From contig CAWIDR010000021.1 of assembly GCA_963834905.1 (NCBI GenBank), forward strand, positions 447 through 64,446: DNA of 64,000 nt, in the 5' to 3' direction. The notes below the pieces were generated by a model that saw only the letters and a list, made by a program, of their open reading frames with translations, was not told the origin of the DNA and ran no database searches. This DNA is from an uncultured Thermoleophilia bacterium (GTDB lineage Bacteria; Actinomycetota; Thermoleophilia; UBA2241). The position numbers were made by a program, and so were the translations under genes. Each line of letters opens with the position of its first letter. Position 1 is the stretch's first letter. Of the stretch, positions 36,378 through 49,966 are shown piece by piece.

Positions 36378-36450
36378 GACCGTCCTCCTGTGCGTGGCCG
36401 GCGTCCGCGCCGGGCCGTCTGAGCTGGCAGTGGGGGCATCGTAGGGGGCC

Positions 36451-36516
36451 GGCGTGAAGAAGATGTGTAGATGGCCGCCGCCCAGCCCCCGGGGGGCTTC
36501 ACATCTTCTTCATGCC
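36451..36516. promoter_or_regulatory. Two oppositely oriented OmpR-type direct-repeat boxes between divergent genes
   Basis: GGCGTGAAGAAGATGTGTAG (36451-36470) and its near reverse complement CTTCACATCTTCTTCATGCC (36497-36516), 18/20 match; internal 11-bp period. Confidence 0.65.
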
Positions 36517-36560
36517 GATGACCGACGATCATGGCTCGTACCACTTCGCCGGAGGAGAGC

Positions 36561-37430
36561 ATGTTCTGTCCAGAATGCGGCTTTGCTGCCCAAGAGGCGC
36601 ACTTCTGCCCCGATTGCGGGACCAGCCTTGACCAGTTCCGGGCCGATGCGGGCGCCGCGGACGTCCGGGACGGGGGCGACGTCGCCCCGGCGGCGCGCCC
36701 GGCCCCACGCACGACCGGGTCGCGCGGGAAGAAATCGAGGACCGCGTCGCACACGTCGTCCTCACAAGCTCGTGCGCAGCGGCCGCGCGCGACACGCTCC
36801 CAGCCCCAGCCCCAGCCCGCTCGCGCAGAGAAGCGTTCCGGCCTCTCCCCCGCGATCATCTGGATGGGCTTCGCCACGGTGGCGGTGATCGTCGTCATCG
36901 GAGTGTTCGCGCTCACCCGCACGCCATCCGGCGCTTCCGGCGGCGCCTCGGGCGCCGGCCAGACCGCCGGCCCGATCGCCGCCGACGTCTCGGGCTCCTA
37001 CTCAGTCCTGGTCGAGCGCGCCAACGGCCTCTACGACCAGGGCGCACAAGCGTTCGAGAAGAAGGAGCAGACTACCGGCGTCCAGTACTTCGCCGCCGCC
37101 GCCAAGGTCTACCGGGCGGCCTGGAAGCAGCGGGCCACAGACCCCAGCATGGGGACGGACTACGCCACGTCGCTCTTCTACTCGGGAGACACTGAGGGCG
37201 CACTGAAGCAGGTGAGCGTCGTCATCGCCAAGAGTCCGGCGTTCCAGACGGCGCACCTCAACAAGGGCATCTACCTCCAGACCGCCTCGCAGGACGCGCA
37301 GCAGAGCGGGCAGAAGGCCAAGGCTGATTCCCTGCTGGCTCAGGCGAAGGCGGAATTCCAGAAGGCGATATCGATCGATCCCGGCTCCAGCGCCGGCGCG
37401 AAGGCGGCCGAGAACCTGAAGAGTCTCTGA
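36561..37430 (+). CDS. Zinc-ribbon + TM + TPR-like protein
   Basis: CPECG...CPDCG; TM IIWMGFATVAVIVVIGVFAL; TPR-like helices; GGAGGA RBS. Confidence 0.75.
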   Translation: MFCPECGFAAQEAHFCPDCGTSLDQFRADAGAADVRDGGDVAPAARPAPRTTGSRGKKSRTASHTSSSQARAQRPRATRSQPQPQPARAEKRSGLSPAIIWMGFATVAVIVVIGVFALTRTPSGASGGASGAGQTAGPIAADVSGSYSVLVERANGLYDQGAQAFEKKEQTTGVQYFAAAAKVYRAAWKQRATDPSMGTDYATSLFYSGDTEGALKQVSVVIAKSPAFQTAHLNKGIYLQTASQDAQQSGQKAKADSLLAQAKAEFQKAISIDPGSSAGAKAAENLKSL

Positions 37431-37534
37431 CTCTCGAGCAGGGCCGCGCGCCGCCTGCTCGGACAAGTCCGCGGCAGCAGGTCTATGGCCCTGCGCCAGA
37501 AGGTGGAAACGACGAATCTGGAGGCGACGTCACG

Positions 37535-37825
37535 ATGATGTGGGATGGCTACTCCGGCCACAGCGCCGGTTGGGAAGGCTGGGTGCTGCTCATGTTCATG
37601 ATCGTGTTCGTCGTCGCGGCGATCGTCGCCGTCGTCTACCTCGTGCGGTACTTCTCGCAACCGCGGGCCGCGCAGGCGGGCGCTGTGCCTCCGGCGGCCT
37701 ACGTGACGGCGCCGAGTGGCGGCACGGCCACGGCCACCGAGTCGCCGCAGGACATCCTCAAGCGCCGGTACGCCGCCGGCGAGATCGAACGCGACGAGTA
37801 CCTGCAGAAGCTCGGCGACCTCTAG
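37535..37825 (+). CDS. SHOCT-domain membrane protein
   Basis: TM helix then ILKRRYAAGEIERDEY. Confidence 0.85.
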   Translation: MMWDGYSGHSAGWEGWVLLMFMIVFVVAAIVAVVYLVRYFSQPRAAQAGAVPPAAYVTAPSGGTATATESPQDILKRRYAAGEIERDEYLQKLGDL

Positions 37826-37830
37826 AGCGC

Positions 37831-38400
37831 GTGGCAGACTCACCCTCACCCCGCCGCACGCTCGTCATCGCCCTGGTCGCGCTCGCCGTCGCCGTCCTGG
37901 CGGCGGTCGGCGTGCTCGCGATCGGCACCCAGCGACAGGCCTCGCCGGCCGCGCTGGGGACCTCCCCGGCCGAGCTCGGGACCTCCCCGGCCGAGCTGGG
38001 GGCCTCCCCGGCCGCGCTCGGCGAGGCCGTCTATCGATCGGGCGTCGGTCCGGATGGCCGGCCCATCCCACGCACCGTGGACCAAGAGGCCGGCGGGATG
38101 ATGGGCGGAGGGATGATGGGCGGAGGCGGCTGCGCGAGCTGTCACGGCAGCGACGGGCGCGGGCTCTCCACGCAGCAGTTCACGAGCCCCGACATCACCT
38201 ACTCGAACCTCACCGACCCGCAGGGCATGCTCATGCCCGACGGCACCCGCGGCCCCACCTACACCGATGCGGCCATCGGGCGGGCGGTCACCACGGGCAT
38301 CGATCCCGAGGGCAGTCACCTCGAGTGGCCGATGCCTCAGTGGCAGTTGACGGAGCGGGAGTGGACCGGGCTGCTCGCGTACCTCAAGACTCTGCACTAG
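37831..38400 (+). CDS. Membrane-anchored monoheme cytochrome c
   Basis: N-terminal TM; GGMMGGGMMGGGG then CASCH; distal MPQW; LLAYLKTL. Confidence 0.85.
   Translation: MADSPSPRRTLVIALVALAVAVLAAVGVLAIGTQRQASPAALGTSPAELGTSPAELGASPAALGEAVYRSGVGPDGRPIPRTVDQEAGGMMGGGMMGGGGCASCHGSDGRGLSTQQFTSPDITYSNLTDPQGMLMPDGTRGPTYTDAAIGRAVTTGIDPEGSHLEWPMPQWQLTEREWTGLLAYLKTLH
37940..38024 (+). repeat. 21-bp in-frame tandem repeat (SPA[A/E]LG[T/A/E] x4) in the cytochrome linker
   Basis: CCTCCCCGGCCGAGCTCGGGA-like units encoding SPAALGT SPAELGT SPAELGA SPAALGE. Confidence 0.8.
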
Positions 38401-38537
38401 CGCCCGCGCCGGAGCCATCGGTCACCACCGGCACGGCTCGCCTGCAGAGCGAGCCATGTCGCACCAGCCTGGCGCTTCTTTCGCGGCAGCACGTTCAGGG
38501 TATGTTGGCGCGTGTGATGCGAGGCCCGAGGAGGTCC

Positions 38538-39236
38538 GTGAGCGAGTCCGGCAAGATCGTGGTGATCGACGACGAGGAATCCGTGCGGGACGTCGTCAGG
38601 GCCTACCTCGAGAAGGACGGCTTCACCGTGTACGTGGCCGCGAACGGCCGCGACGGACTGGCGCTCGCCGAGCGGAGCAAGCCGGACCTCATCGTGCTCG
38701 ACCTCATGCTCCCCGACATCTCGGGCGAGGAGATCTGCGAGGAGGTGCGCAGCCGCTCCGATGTGCCCATCGTCATGCTCACCGCCAAGGCGAGCGAGGA
38801 CGAGCGGATCGGAGGGCTCATCGCCGGCGCCGACGACTACCTGGTGAAGCCGTTCAGCCCCCGTGAGCTGGTCGCGCGCGTGCACGCGGTCTTGCGCAGG
38901 ACCAAAGGCGTGGAGGCGCCCCTCGTGGAGATCCTCCGCTTCGACGAGGGGCGCTTCGAGATCGACACGGTCAAGCGCGCCGTGCTGCGCGACGGCGCGC
39001 CGGTCGACCTCACGCCCAACGAGTACAAGCTGCTGCTCGCGCTCGCGAGGTACCCCGGACGCGCCTACTCGCGCTTCGAACTGGTGAACCGCGTGCAGGG
39101 CTACGACTACGAGGGCTACGAGCGCACCATCGACGTGCACGTCAAGAACCTGCGCAAGAAGATCGAGCCCGACCCGGCGCGGCCGCGCTACATCGAGACG
39201 GTCACCGGCGTCGGCTACCGGCTGGCGAAGCTGTGA
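38538..39236 (+). CDS. OmpR-family response regulator
   Basis: VIDDE, LDLMLP, MLTAK, GADDYLVKPF, RTIDVHVKNLRKK, TGVGYR. Confidence 0.95.
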   Translation: MSESGKIVVIDDEESVRDVVRAYLEKDGFTVYVAANGRDGLALAERSKPDLIVLDLMLPDISGEEICEEVRSRSDVPIVMLTAKASEDERIGGLIAGADDYLVKPFSPRELVARVHAVLRRTKGVEAPLVEILRFDEGRFEIDTVKRAVLRDGAPVDLTPNEYKLLLALARYPGRAYSRFELVNRVQGYDYEGYERTIDVHVKNLRKKIEPDPARPRYIETVTGVGYRLAKL

Positions 39237-40582
39237 GCGACGGGCGCCGGCGCTGGGGCCTGCGCGCCCGCCTCGTGGTCGCGTTCGTCGCCGTGGCCCT
39301 GCTGGGCACGATCGTCACCACCGTCTACTCGAGCGTCAGCCTCACCTCGCACCTCGAGGCCTCCGCACGCACCCGGCTGCACAACTCCGCCACGCACTTC
39401 GGCGACGTGGCGGCGGTCGTCTCCCAGGACGGCGCCTGGTCACGCCAGAGCGTCGAGACCCTGCACCACCTCGCGCAGATCGACTTCCTGGCCGTGGACC
39501 TCTACGACTCGTCCGGCAAGCTCGTCTTCTCGCACCCGCCCTCGGCGCCGGTGCGGCAGGGCGCGGCGGCGACGGCGCCGGTCATCGTGAGCGGCCAGAA
39601 GATCGGCACCGTGGTCGTGAGCCGCGACGACGGCAGGCTGTTCACCGGCGAGGAGCTCCAGCTGCGCCAGCAGCTCCTGCGCATGCACCTGGTGGCCGGC
39701 GTCGTCTCCGCCGTCATCGCCGTCCTGGTCGCGCTGTACCTCGCGGTGACGCTCTCGCGGCCGCTGCGGCGCATCCGCGCCGGCGCCGACGCCATGAGCG
39801 CCGGCGACCTGGACGCGCGCGTCCCGGAGACCGGCGACGACGAGATCGCGGCGGTGGCCGACGCGCTCAACCGCCTCGCCGAGACGCTGCAGCAGGAGGA
39901 GGGTCTGCGCAAGGAGAGCGTCGCCGACCTCGCCCACGAGCTGCGCACGCCGGTGATGGGCATCCTGGCGCGCGTGGAGGCGGCGCAGGACGGCGTCCTG
40001 AAGGATCGAGAGGCCAACCTCTCGGCGATGCACGACGAGGCGCTGCGCCTGGCCCGCCTGCTCGACGACCTCTCCGCGCTCGCCGAGGCGGAACGCCCCG
40101 GCCTGCTGCTCGACGCCGTCCCCGTGGACCTCGCCGCCATCGCCGGCGCGCAGGCGGCGGCGTTCGCCGACGCGTTCGCCGACAAGGGCATCGCGCTGTC
40201 GTCCGTCCTCCATCCGGCGGTCGTCGACGGCGATCCCAAGCGCCTCGAGCAGATCGCCGTGAACCTGCTCTCGAACGCCCTGCGCTACACCGACGCCGGC
40301 GGCTCCGTGCGCGTCGCCGTGCGCCGCGACGGCGCCGAAGCGCTCCTCGAAGTGGCCGACACCGGCATCGGCATCGCCGCCGAGGACCTGCCGCGCGTGT
40401 TCACCAGGTTCTGGCGCGGCGAGAAGTCACGCTCGCGGGACACCGGCGGGGCCGGCATCGGACTGTCCATCGTGAAGGAGCTCGTGCAGGCGCACGGCGG
40501 AAGTGTCACCGTCGAGAGCGTGCCCGGCGAGGGCTCGGTCTTCCGCGTCGAGCTTCCGCTCGCGGACGAAGCGCCGGGCTGA
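39233..40582 (+). CDS. HAMP sensor histidine kinase (BaeS/CopS-like)
   Basis: Two TMs, HAMP, AHELRTP, NLLSNALRY, DTGIGI, GAGIGLSIV. Confidence 0.95.
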   Translation: MSDGRRRWGLRARLVVAFVAVALLGTIVTTVYSSVSLTSHLEASARTRLHNSATHFGDVAAVVSQDGAWSRQSVETLHHLAQIDFLAVDLYDSSGKLVFSHPPSAPVRQGAAATAPVIVSGQKIGTVVVSRDDGRLFTGEELQLRQQLLRMHLVAGVVSAVIAVLVALYLAVTLSRPLRRIRAGADAMSAGDLDARVPETGDDEIAAVADALNRLAETLQQEEGLRKESVADLAHELRTPVMGILARVEAAQDGVLKDREANLSAMHDEALRLARLLDDLSALAEAERPGLLLDAVPVDLAAIAGAQAAAFADAFADKGIALSSVLHPAVVDGDPKRLEQIAVNLLSNALRYTDAGGSVRVAVRRDGAEALLEVADTGIGIAAEDLPRVFTRFWRGEKSRSRDTGGAGIGLSIVKELVQAHGGSVTVESVPGEGSVFRVELPLADEAPG

Positions 40583-40600
40583 CGCCGCCGCCCGCTGCCG

Positions 40601-41328
40601 TCAGGCGGCGTCCGGCTGGTCGGCCGCGCGGAGGAAGTTGCGGACCAGTCGCGAGCACAGCCGCCGCGACGACAGCGCGATCTCGTCCCGCTGCTCGTGC
40701 AGCTCGTTCGAGGACGTGCGGCGCCCGCCGGCGCAGACCCTTGTTGTCCCGCTTGAGCCAGACCTCGAGCGTGGCCGCGTCGATCTCCGGGTGGAACTGC
40801 AGGCCCCACGCCCTGCGTCCTGCGCGGAACGCCTGGACGCCGACGTCGCCGCTGCGCAGCGCCAGGGGGCAGGCGTGATCGGGCACGGTGAACGACTGCG
40901 CGTGCCACTCGAGGGCCATGAACTGGCGCGGCACTCCCTCGAAGAGCAGGTCCTGCCCCACGAGACTGATCGGCATCCAGCCGACCGCGGGCTCAGGCCG
41001 GTCGAAGACGCAGCCTCCATGCACGGAGGCGAGTTGCTGGGCGCCGAGGCAGATGCCGAGGAGGGGCAGCTCGCGCTCGAGCGCCGCGGCGAGCAGCAGG
41101 CGCTCCTGCCGCAGGAACGGATAGGCGTCGCTCTGGTCGGTGTTCATCGACCCGCCCAGCACGATGAGCGCCCGGTACCCGCCGAGCTCGCCGGGCTCGG
41201 GGAGTCGGTGCGCGTCCGTGCAACTGCCGCAAGTCGAAGTCGACCCCGTCGGCGGTCAGCGTCTCGAGGATGGTCCCAGGCTGCCCTATCGCCTGGTGCT
41301 GGATGATGAGCACGGAGCCGTCGCGCAT
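40601..41328 (-). CDS. Type 1 glutamine amidotransferase (frameshifted)
   Basis: LIIQH, VLGGSMN, LGICLGAQQL, GLQFHPE. Confidence 0.85.
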
Positions 41329-41455
41329 GGCGGTCTCTCTAAGTTGACTAATCATGCCTGATTCGTCGGCTATACCCGCCTCGGCCCGGAAGGAAGCGAC
41401 GCGGCCGGCGATGCCCGCAGCCGCGTCGCCCGTTCCGTTCTGGTACGGTCTCCGC

Positions 41456-44134
41456 ATGAGCTCGGTACGCACGGATTCGCCGCCGGTCACCGGCCTCAGC
41501 ACCGCTGAGGCCGAACGGCGGCGCGCCGCGGGTCAGGGCAACGACGTCGAGATCCGCGCCGGCCGCACCTACGGCCGGATCGTCCGCGACAACGTCTTCA
41601 ACTTCATCAACAACCTCTTCTACTTCCTCGGGATCCTGCTCCTGGTCCTGGGCAAGCCGCTCGACGCGTTCGCCGTCGTGTTCGTGATCGGCGCCAACAC
41701 CGTCATCAGCCTGTTCCAGGAGATCCGCGCCAAGCGCGTGATGGACAAGATGGCGATCCTCCTGCGGCCCAAGGCGGACGTGCTGCGCGACGGGCAGGTG
41801 GTGGACATCGACCCGTCGCTGGTGGTGCTCGGCGACGTGCTGCGGCTCGAGCCCGGCGATCAGGTCGTGGTGGACGGGCCGATGGTCGGCGAGGGCCGCA
41901 TGGAGGTCGACGAGTCGCTGCTCACCGGCGAGTCGGACCTGGTCACCAAGCACCCCGGCGACGACCTGATGTCCGGCAGCTTCTGCATGACGGGCGGCGG
42001 CTACTACGAGGCCGCCCGGGTCGGCCTGGACAGCTTCGCCAACAAGCTCACCGCCAAGGCGACGGCCTACAAGCGCGAGCTCACGCCGCTGCAGCGGCAG
42101 GTCGTGCAGATCGTGCGCATCCTGCTCATCGTCGTCATCGTGTTCGAGGCGCTCGTCTGGATCCGCAACGTCATCGGCGGCGTGCCGTTCGTGGAGAGCG
42201 TGCGCATGTCGACGGTGATCCTGGCGCTCATCCCCAACGGGCTCGTGCTGAGCATCGCGCTCACCTACGCCCTGGGGGCCATCCGGCTGCTGGGCAAGGA
42301 CGTGCTGGTGCAGCAGTTCAACGCCGTCGAGAGCCTGAGCAACGTCGACGTCCTCTGCACCGACAAGACGGGGACGCTGACCTCCGGCGTGGTGACGTTC
42401 GAGGAGCTGGCGGGGCTGGGCGCCGACGACGCGCGCGCAGCGCGCCTGCTCGGCGCCTTCGCCGCCAGCACGACCGACGCCAACCGGACGATCGAGGCGC
42501 TCCGCACCGCGTTCCCCGCGGAGCGCCTGCCGGCCGCGCACGAGGCGTTCTTCTCCTCCGAGCGCAAGTGGAGCGGCCTCGCCTTCGCCGACGGCGAGGC
42601 GCGCGGCACCTACGTGCTCGGCGCGCCCGAGATCCTCGCGCCGGCGCTGCGCGCCGGCGCCGACTGGCGCGGGCGCGCCGACGAGTGGGCCGCGCGCGGC
42701 CTGCGCGTCGTCATGTTCGCGGGGCGCGACGAAGCGGCGGCCTTCAGCGGCGACCCCGACACCCCGCCGGTCCTCCCCGACGGCCTCGAGGCGCTCGCCC
42801 TCATCTGCTTCAGCGACGAGCTCCGGCCTGGCGTGCGCGGCACGCTCGAGGAGTTCTCCGAGGCCGGCATCGACGTCAAGATCATCTCGGGCGACAACCC
42901 CAAGACGGTCGTCGCCCTCGCCACGCAGGCCGGCGTCCACTCGCTGCGGCGCCGCGAGGGACTCGACTCGTACTGCGACATGGTGGCCTCGCCGGGCGCG
43001 GGCGCCGCGACGGCCGCAGGCGACGCGGCGCAGGCCGGAGAGGCGGGGCCGGACGCCGGCGAAGCCGCCGCGGCCCCCGAGCGCGCGCTCGTGGCCGTCT
43101 CCGGCGCCGAGCTCGCCGAACTCTCGCCCGAGGAGTTCGCCGCCAAGGCCGACGAGGCCGGCATCTTCGGCCGCGTGACGCCCGAGCAGAAGCAGGACCT
43201 CGTCGAGGCCCTGCGCGACCGCGGGCGCTACGTCGCGATGATCGGCGACGGCGTCAACGACGTCATCGCGCTCAAGCAGGCCAACGTCGCCGTCGCCATG
43301 CAGGGCGGCAGCCAGGCCGCCCGCAGCGTCGGCGACCTCATCCTCATGAAGGACACCTTCGCCCCGCTCCCCTTCGCCTTCCGCGAGGGCCAGCGGATCA
43401 TCAACGGGATGAACGACATCCTGCGCATCTTCATGGTGCGCATCGGGTTCAAGGCGCTGATGATCGCCATCATCATGACCGCGGGCGGGTTCCCGTTCGC
43501 CCCGCGGCAGTCGGCCCTGCTCTCGTTCTTCGGCGCCACCGTGCCGGCCATCGCCTTCGCGCTCTGGGCGCAGCCGGGGCCGACGCCCAAGGTCGGCCTG
43601 TTCAAGCTCCTGGCGCGGTTCGTCCTGCCCACGGTCGTGTTCATGGCGGGGATCGGGACGGCCGTGTACCTCGTCTGGGCGATCCCGGCGGAACACGTCG
43701 TCACGACCGTCGCCGGCGCCACCGAGAAGGAACTGGCCGAGACCGGCTACCCGCCGGCGATGACGGCGCTCACGGTCTTCGCCTGCTTCGCCGCCATCTT
43801 CCTCATCCTGCTGATCGTGCCGCCGAGCAAGTGGTGGGCCGGCGGCGCGCCCGTGGTGCGCAACGACTGGCGGATGGTGGGCACGGTGGCCTTCCTGTTC
43901 GCCTGCATGGCCGTCGTCCTCGCCGTGCCGCTGGGGCGCACCCTGTTCGAGCTCGCGACGCTGCCGTGGTGGCAGTACTTCGTGCTGCTCGGGCTCGCGT
44001 TCGTGTGGAGCCAGCTCTGCCTGCTGGTGTGGAAGACGCGCCTGCTCGACCGCTGGCTGGGGTCTGCCGAAGACCCGGGGAACGTGTGCGCGAAGGCGGC
44101 GGCCAAGGCCGCCGCGGAGGCCGGCGGGCGCTAG
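41456..44134 (+). CDS. P-type ATPase, CtpE-like
   Basis: DESLLTGES, DKTGTLT, ISGDNP, GRVTPEQK, MIGDGVND; M4 motif PNGL. Confidence 0.92.
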   Translation: MSSVRTDSPPVTGLSTAEAERRRAAGQGNDVEIRAGRTYGRIVRDNVFNFINNLFYFLGILLLVLGKPLDAFAVVFVIGANTVISLFQEIRAKRVMDKMAILLRPKADVLRDGQVVDIDPSLVVLGDVLRLEPGDQVVVDGPMVGEGRMEVDESLLTGESDLVTKHPGDDLMSGSFCMTGGGYYEAARVGLDSFANKLTAKATAYKRELTPLQRQVVQIVRILLIVVIVFEALVWIRNVIGGVPFVESVRMSTVILALIPNGLVLSIALTYALGAIRLLGKDVLVQQFNAVESLSNVDVLCTDKTGTLTSGVVTFEELAGLGADDARAARLLGAFAASTTDANRTIEALRTAFPAERLPAAHEAFFSSERKWSGLAFADGEARGTYVLGAPEILAPALRAGADWRGRADEWAARGLRVVMFAGRDEAAAFSGDPDTPPVLPDGLEALALICFSDELRPGVRGTLEEFSEAGIDVKIISGDNPKTVVALATQAGVHSLRRREGLDSYCDMVASPGAGAATAAGDAAQAGEAGPDAGEAAAAPERALVAVSGAELAELSPEEFAAKADEAGIFGRVTPEQKQDLVEALRDRGRYVAMIGDGVNDVIALKQANVAVAMQGGSQAARSVGDLILMKDTFAPLPFAFREGQRIINGMNDILRIFMVRIGFKALMIAIIMTAGGFPFAPRQSALLSFFGATVPAIAFALWAQPGPTPKVGLFKLLARFVLPTVVFMAGIGTAVYLVWAIPAEHVVTTVAGATEKELAETGYPPAMTALTVFACFAAIFLILLIVPPSKWWAGGAPVVRNDWRMVGTVAFLFACMAVVLAVPLGRTLFELATLPWWQYFVLLGLAFVWSQLCLLVWKTRLLDRWLGSAEDPGNVCAKAAAKAAAEAGGR

Positions 44135-44810
44135 ACGAGCCCGGCCGACGGGCACATCCGCGCGAGCGGGCACTCCCCGCAGGCCGGCCGCCGGGCGTGG
44201 CAGATGCGGCGGCCGTGCCGCACGAAGTCCACGTGCACGGCGTACACCTGCTCCGCGTCGTCCGGCCCCGCCAGCCTGGTCAGCAGCGGGTGCGCCTGGT
44301 CGGCGGTCACCTTCTCGTCGATGATGCCGAGCCGCCGCGCGACGCGGTGCACGTGGGTGTCCACGGGCATCACCGGCCGCTCGAGCGCGAAGAGCAGCAC
44401 GCACGCGGCCGTCTTGGGCCCGACGCCGGGCAGCGAGACCAGAAACGCCTGCGGCCTCCTGCGTCGGTCATGTCGTCGAGCTCGCCCAGGTCGGGCGCGC
44501 CCGTCCGCTCGCTGATCGCCTCGAGGATCTTCTTGATGCGCGGCGCCTTGGTGTGAGAGAGGCCGCCGAGGGCGATGGCCTCCTCGATCTCCTCGGCCGA
44601 CGCGTCGCGGGCCGCGGTCCACTCCGGGAACCGCGCCTTGAGCGACGCGAACGTGCGCTCGGTGTTCACGTCGGCCGTGTTCTGGCTGAGCACGGTGAAC
44701 ACGAGCTCGTCCACCGGCGGATAGCGCGGCGAGAGCACGGGGCGGCCGTAGAAATCGTCCAGCAGATCGGCCGCCTGCTTGAGCCTCTTCTTGGGGGACG
44801 GTGCGCTCAC
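44131..44810 (-). CDS. nth: Endonuclease III family DNA glycosylase (frameshift near 44455)
   Basis: TVLSQNTAD, LPGVGPKTA HhH, PVDTHV, CHARRPACGECPLARMC 4Fe-4S. Confidence 0.88.
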
Positions 44811-45351
44811 GGCGACAGAGTATACCGGGCGGGACCCGGGTGACGCTCCCGCCGCTGGCGACCGCGGTCCTCGGCGAGGCCGCTTCTCCGCCGGACACGT
44901 GTCGTTGCAGGTAGACGGCCCGGTCGCCCTCCTCGGTGTGCGCGAACCCGCAGGCGGTGTAGAACGCCTCCGCCCCGGGATTGTCCGCGAGCACCCAGAC
45001 CTCCTCGATGCCCCCGGCCCGGGCCCACGCCAGCATCTCGCGCACGAGCGCGGTGCCGACGCCGCGCCGGCGGTGGGCGGCGCGCACCCCGATGGAGTAC
45101 AGCAGCAACTCGCGACCGCTCCCCGACGGCAGCCGCAAGACGTGGCAGAGAAGCTCGCCGACGACGCTGCCGCCGTCTTCCGCGACCCAGTGGAGGACCG
45201 CCGGATCCGCGAGGTAGACGGCGGCCTCCGTGGCCGTGAGCGGCGACTCGGGCTGCGACGCGCCGGCGAGGTCGAAGTCGTCGGCCACGCGAGCGATGAG
45301 CGCGAGCACGTCCTCGTCGCCCGGACCCAGTCGTCTGATGTCGATGCTCAT
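44807..45351 (-). CDS. GNAT N-acetyltransferase (3' end uncertain)
   Basis: IGVRAAHRRRGVGTAL motif A, NPGAEAFY. Confidence 0.8.
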
Positions 45352-45442
45352 CCGTCGCTCCGTTCTTGTCGCCTACCTACATTCCCCGGCGCGGTGAGCG
45401 CGAGCCGCACGCGTCCCAGGTGGCGCATGGTAGCCTCGCGCC

Positions 45443-49247
<3,805 letters not shown>

Positions 49248-49254
<7 letters not shown>

Positions 49255-49544
49255 CCCGCGGCCTTGCGCTTGAGCTGCTGCCGCCGGCGCCGGCGCACCA
49301 GCGCGCTCACCGCGAGGCCGACGAGAAAGCCCACCGCCAGCAACAGGATGAGCATCAGCGCGGCGGGCAGCGAGAACCACCAGAAGAAGAAGTGGATCCG
49401 CCAGTCCTCCTCGGTGTTCTGGAGGATGAGGATGATGATCACGACCGCTATCACGACCGGCGCGATCAGCCGGCCGTACCCGGAACTGCTGGGCCTGCTG
49501 TCCCGCTGGATCTGCACCTGCGAGCCGTCTTCCGTCGAGCTCAT
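49248..49544 (-). CDS. LapA/DUF1049-like small membrane protein
   Basis: IIILILQNTEEDWRIHFFFW then second TM and basic tail. Confidence 0.7.
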
Positions 49545-49855
49545 GCCTACCCCCTCGTGGTGGTCTCGGCTTGGTTCGCCGTAAGAGCGGTGTACCCTTG
49601 CGCGGCAGCGGCGAACTCGGCGAGCGTGAGTTCACGGATGGTCGAGCGCGCGCCCGGCCGGACGATGGTAGAAGTCACCCTCGGCGGCTCACCGGGTCCG
49701 TCGGATGCGTCGGTGGACGTCAGCGCGGCGATCTGCGGACGCGGCCATCGCCGTGTGCCACGGGAGCGGGTTCGCCCTGCACGCCTAACCGGGCCCTCGA
49801 GCGGCTCACGGCGGCGACCCCGAGCCCCGATGCCACGGCGCGAAGGCTGCGTACG

Positions 49856-49900
49856 CGTGAAGGGCGGGAGGCGCTTCACTCAGGCCTCCCGCCCTCCACG
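49856..49900 (-). terminator. Hairpin downstream of the aminotransferase
   Basis: CGTGAAGGGCGGGAGGC / GCCTCCCGCCCTCCACG inverted repeat. Confidence 0.6.
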
Positions 49901-49966
49901 GTAGTGCGGCGTCCGTCCCCCCGGAGGCCGCCGCCGACGCCGGGCCTCCGGGCCCGGCTCAGTCGA

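Noticed and set aside
49547-49879. 110-aa minus-strand ORF between the lapA-like gene and the aminotransferase
   Set aside because: Starts inside a terminator hairpin, has no recognisable motif and atypical composition; cannot be supported.
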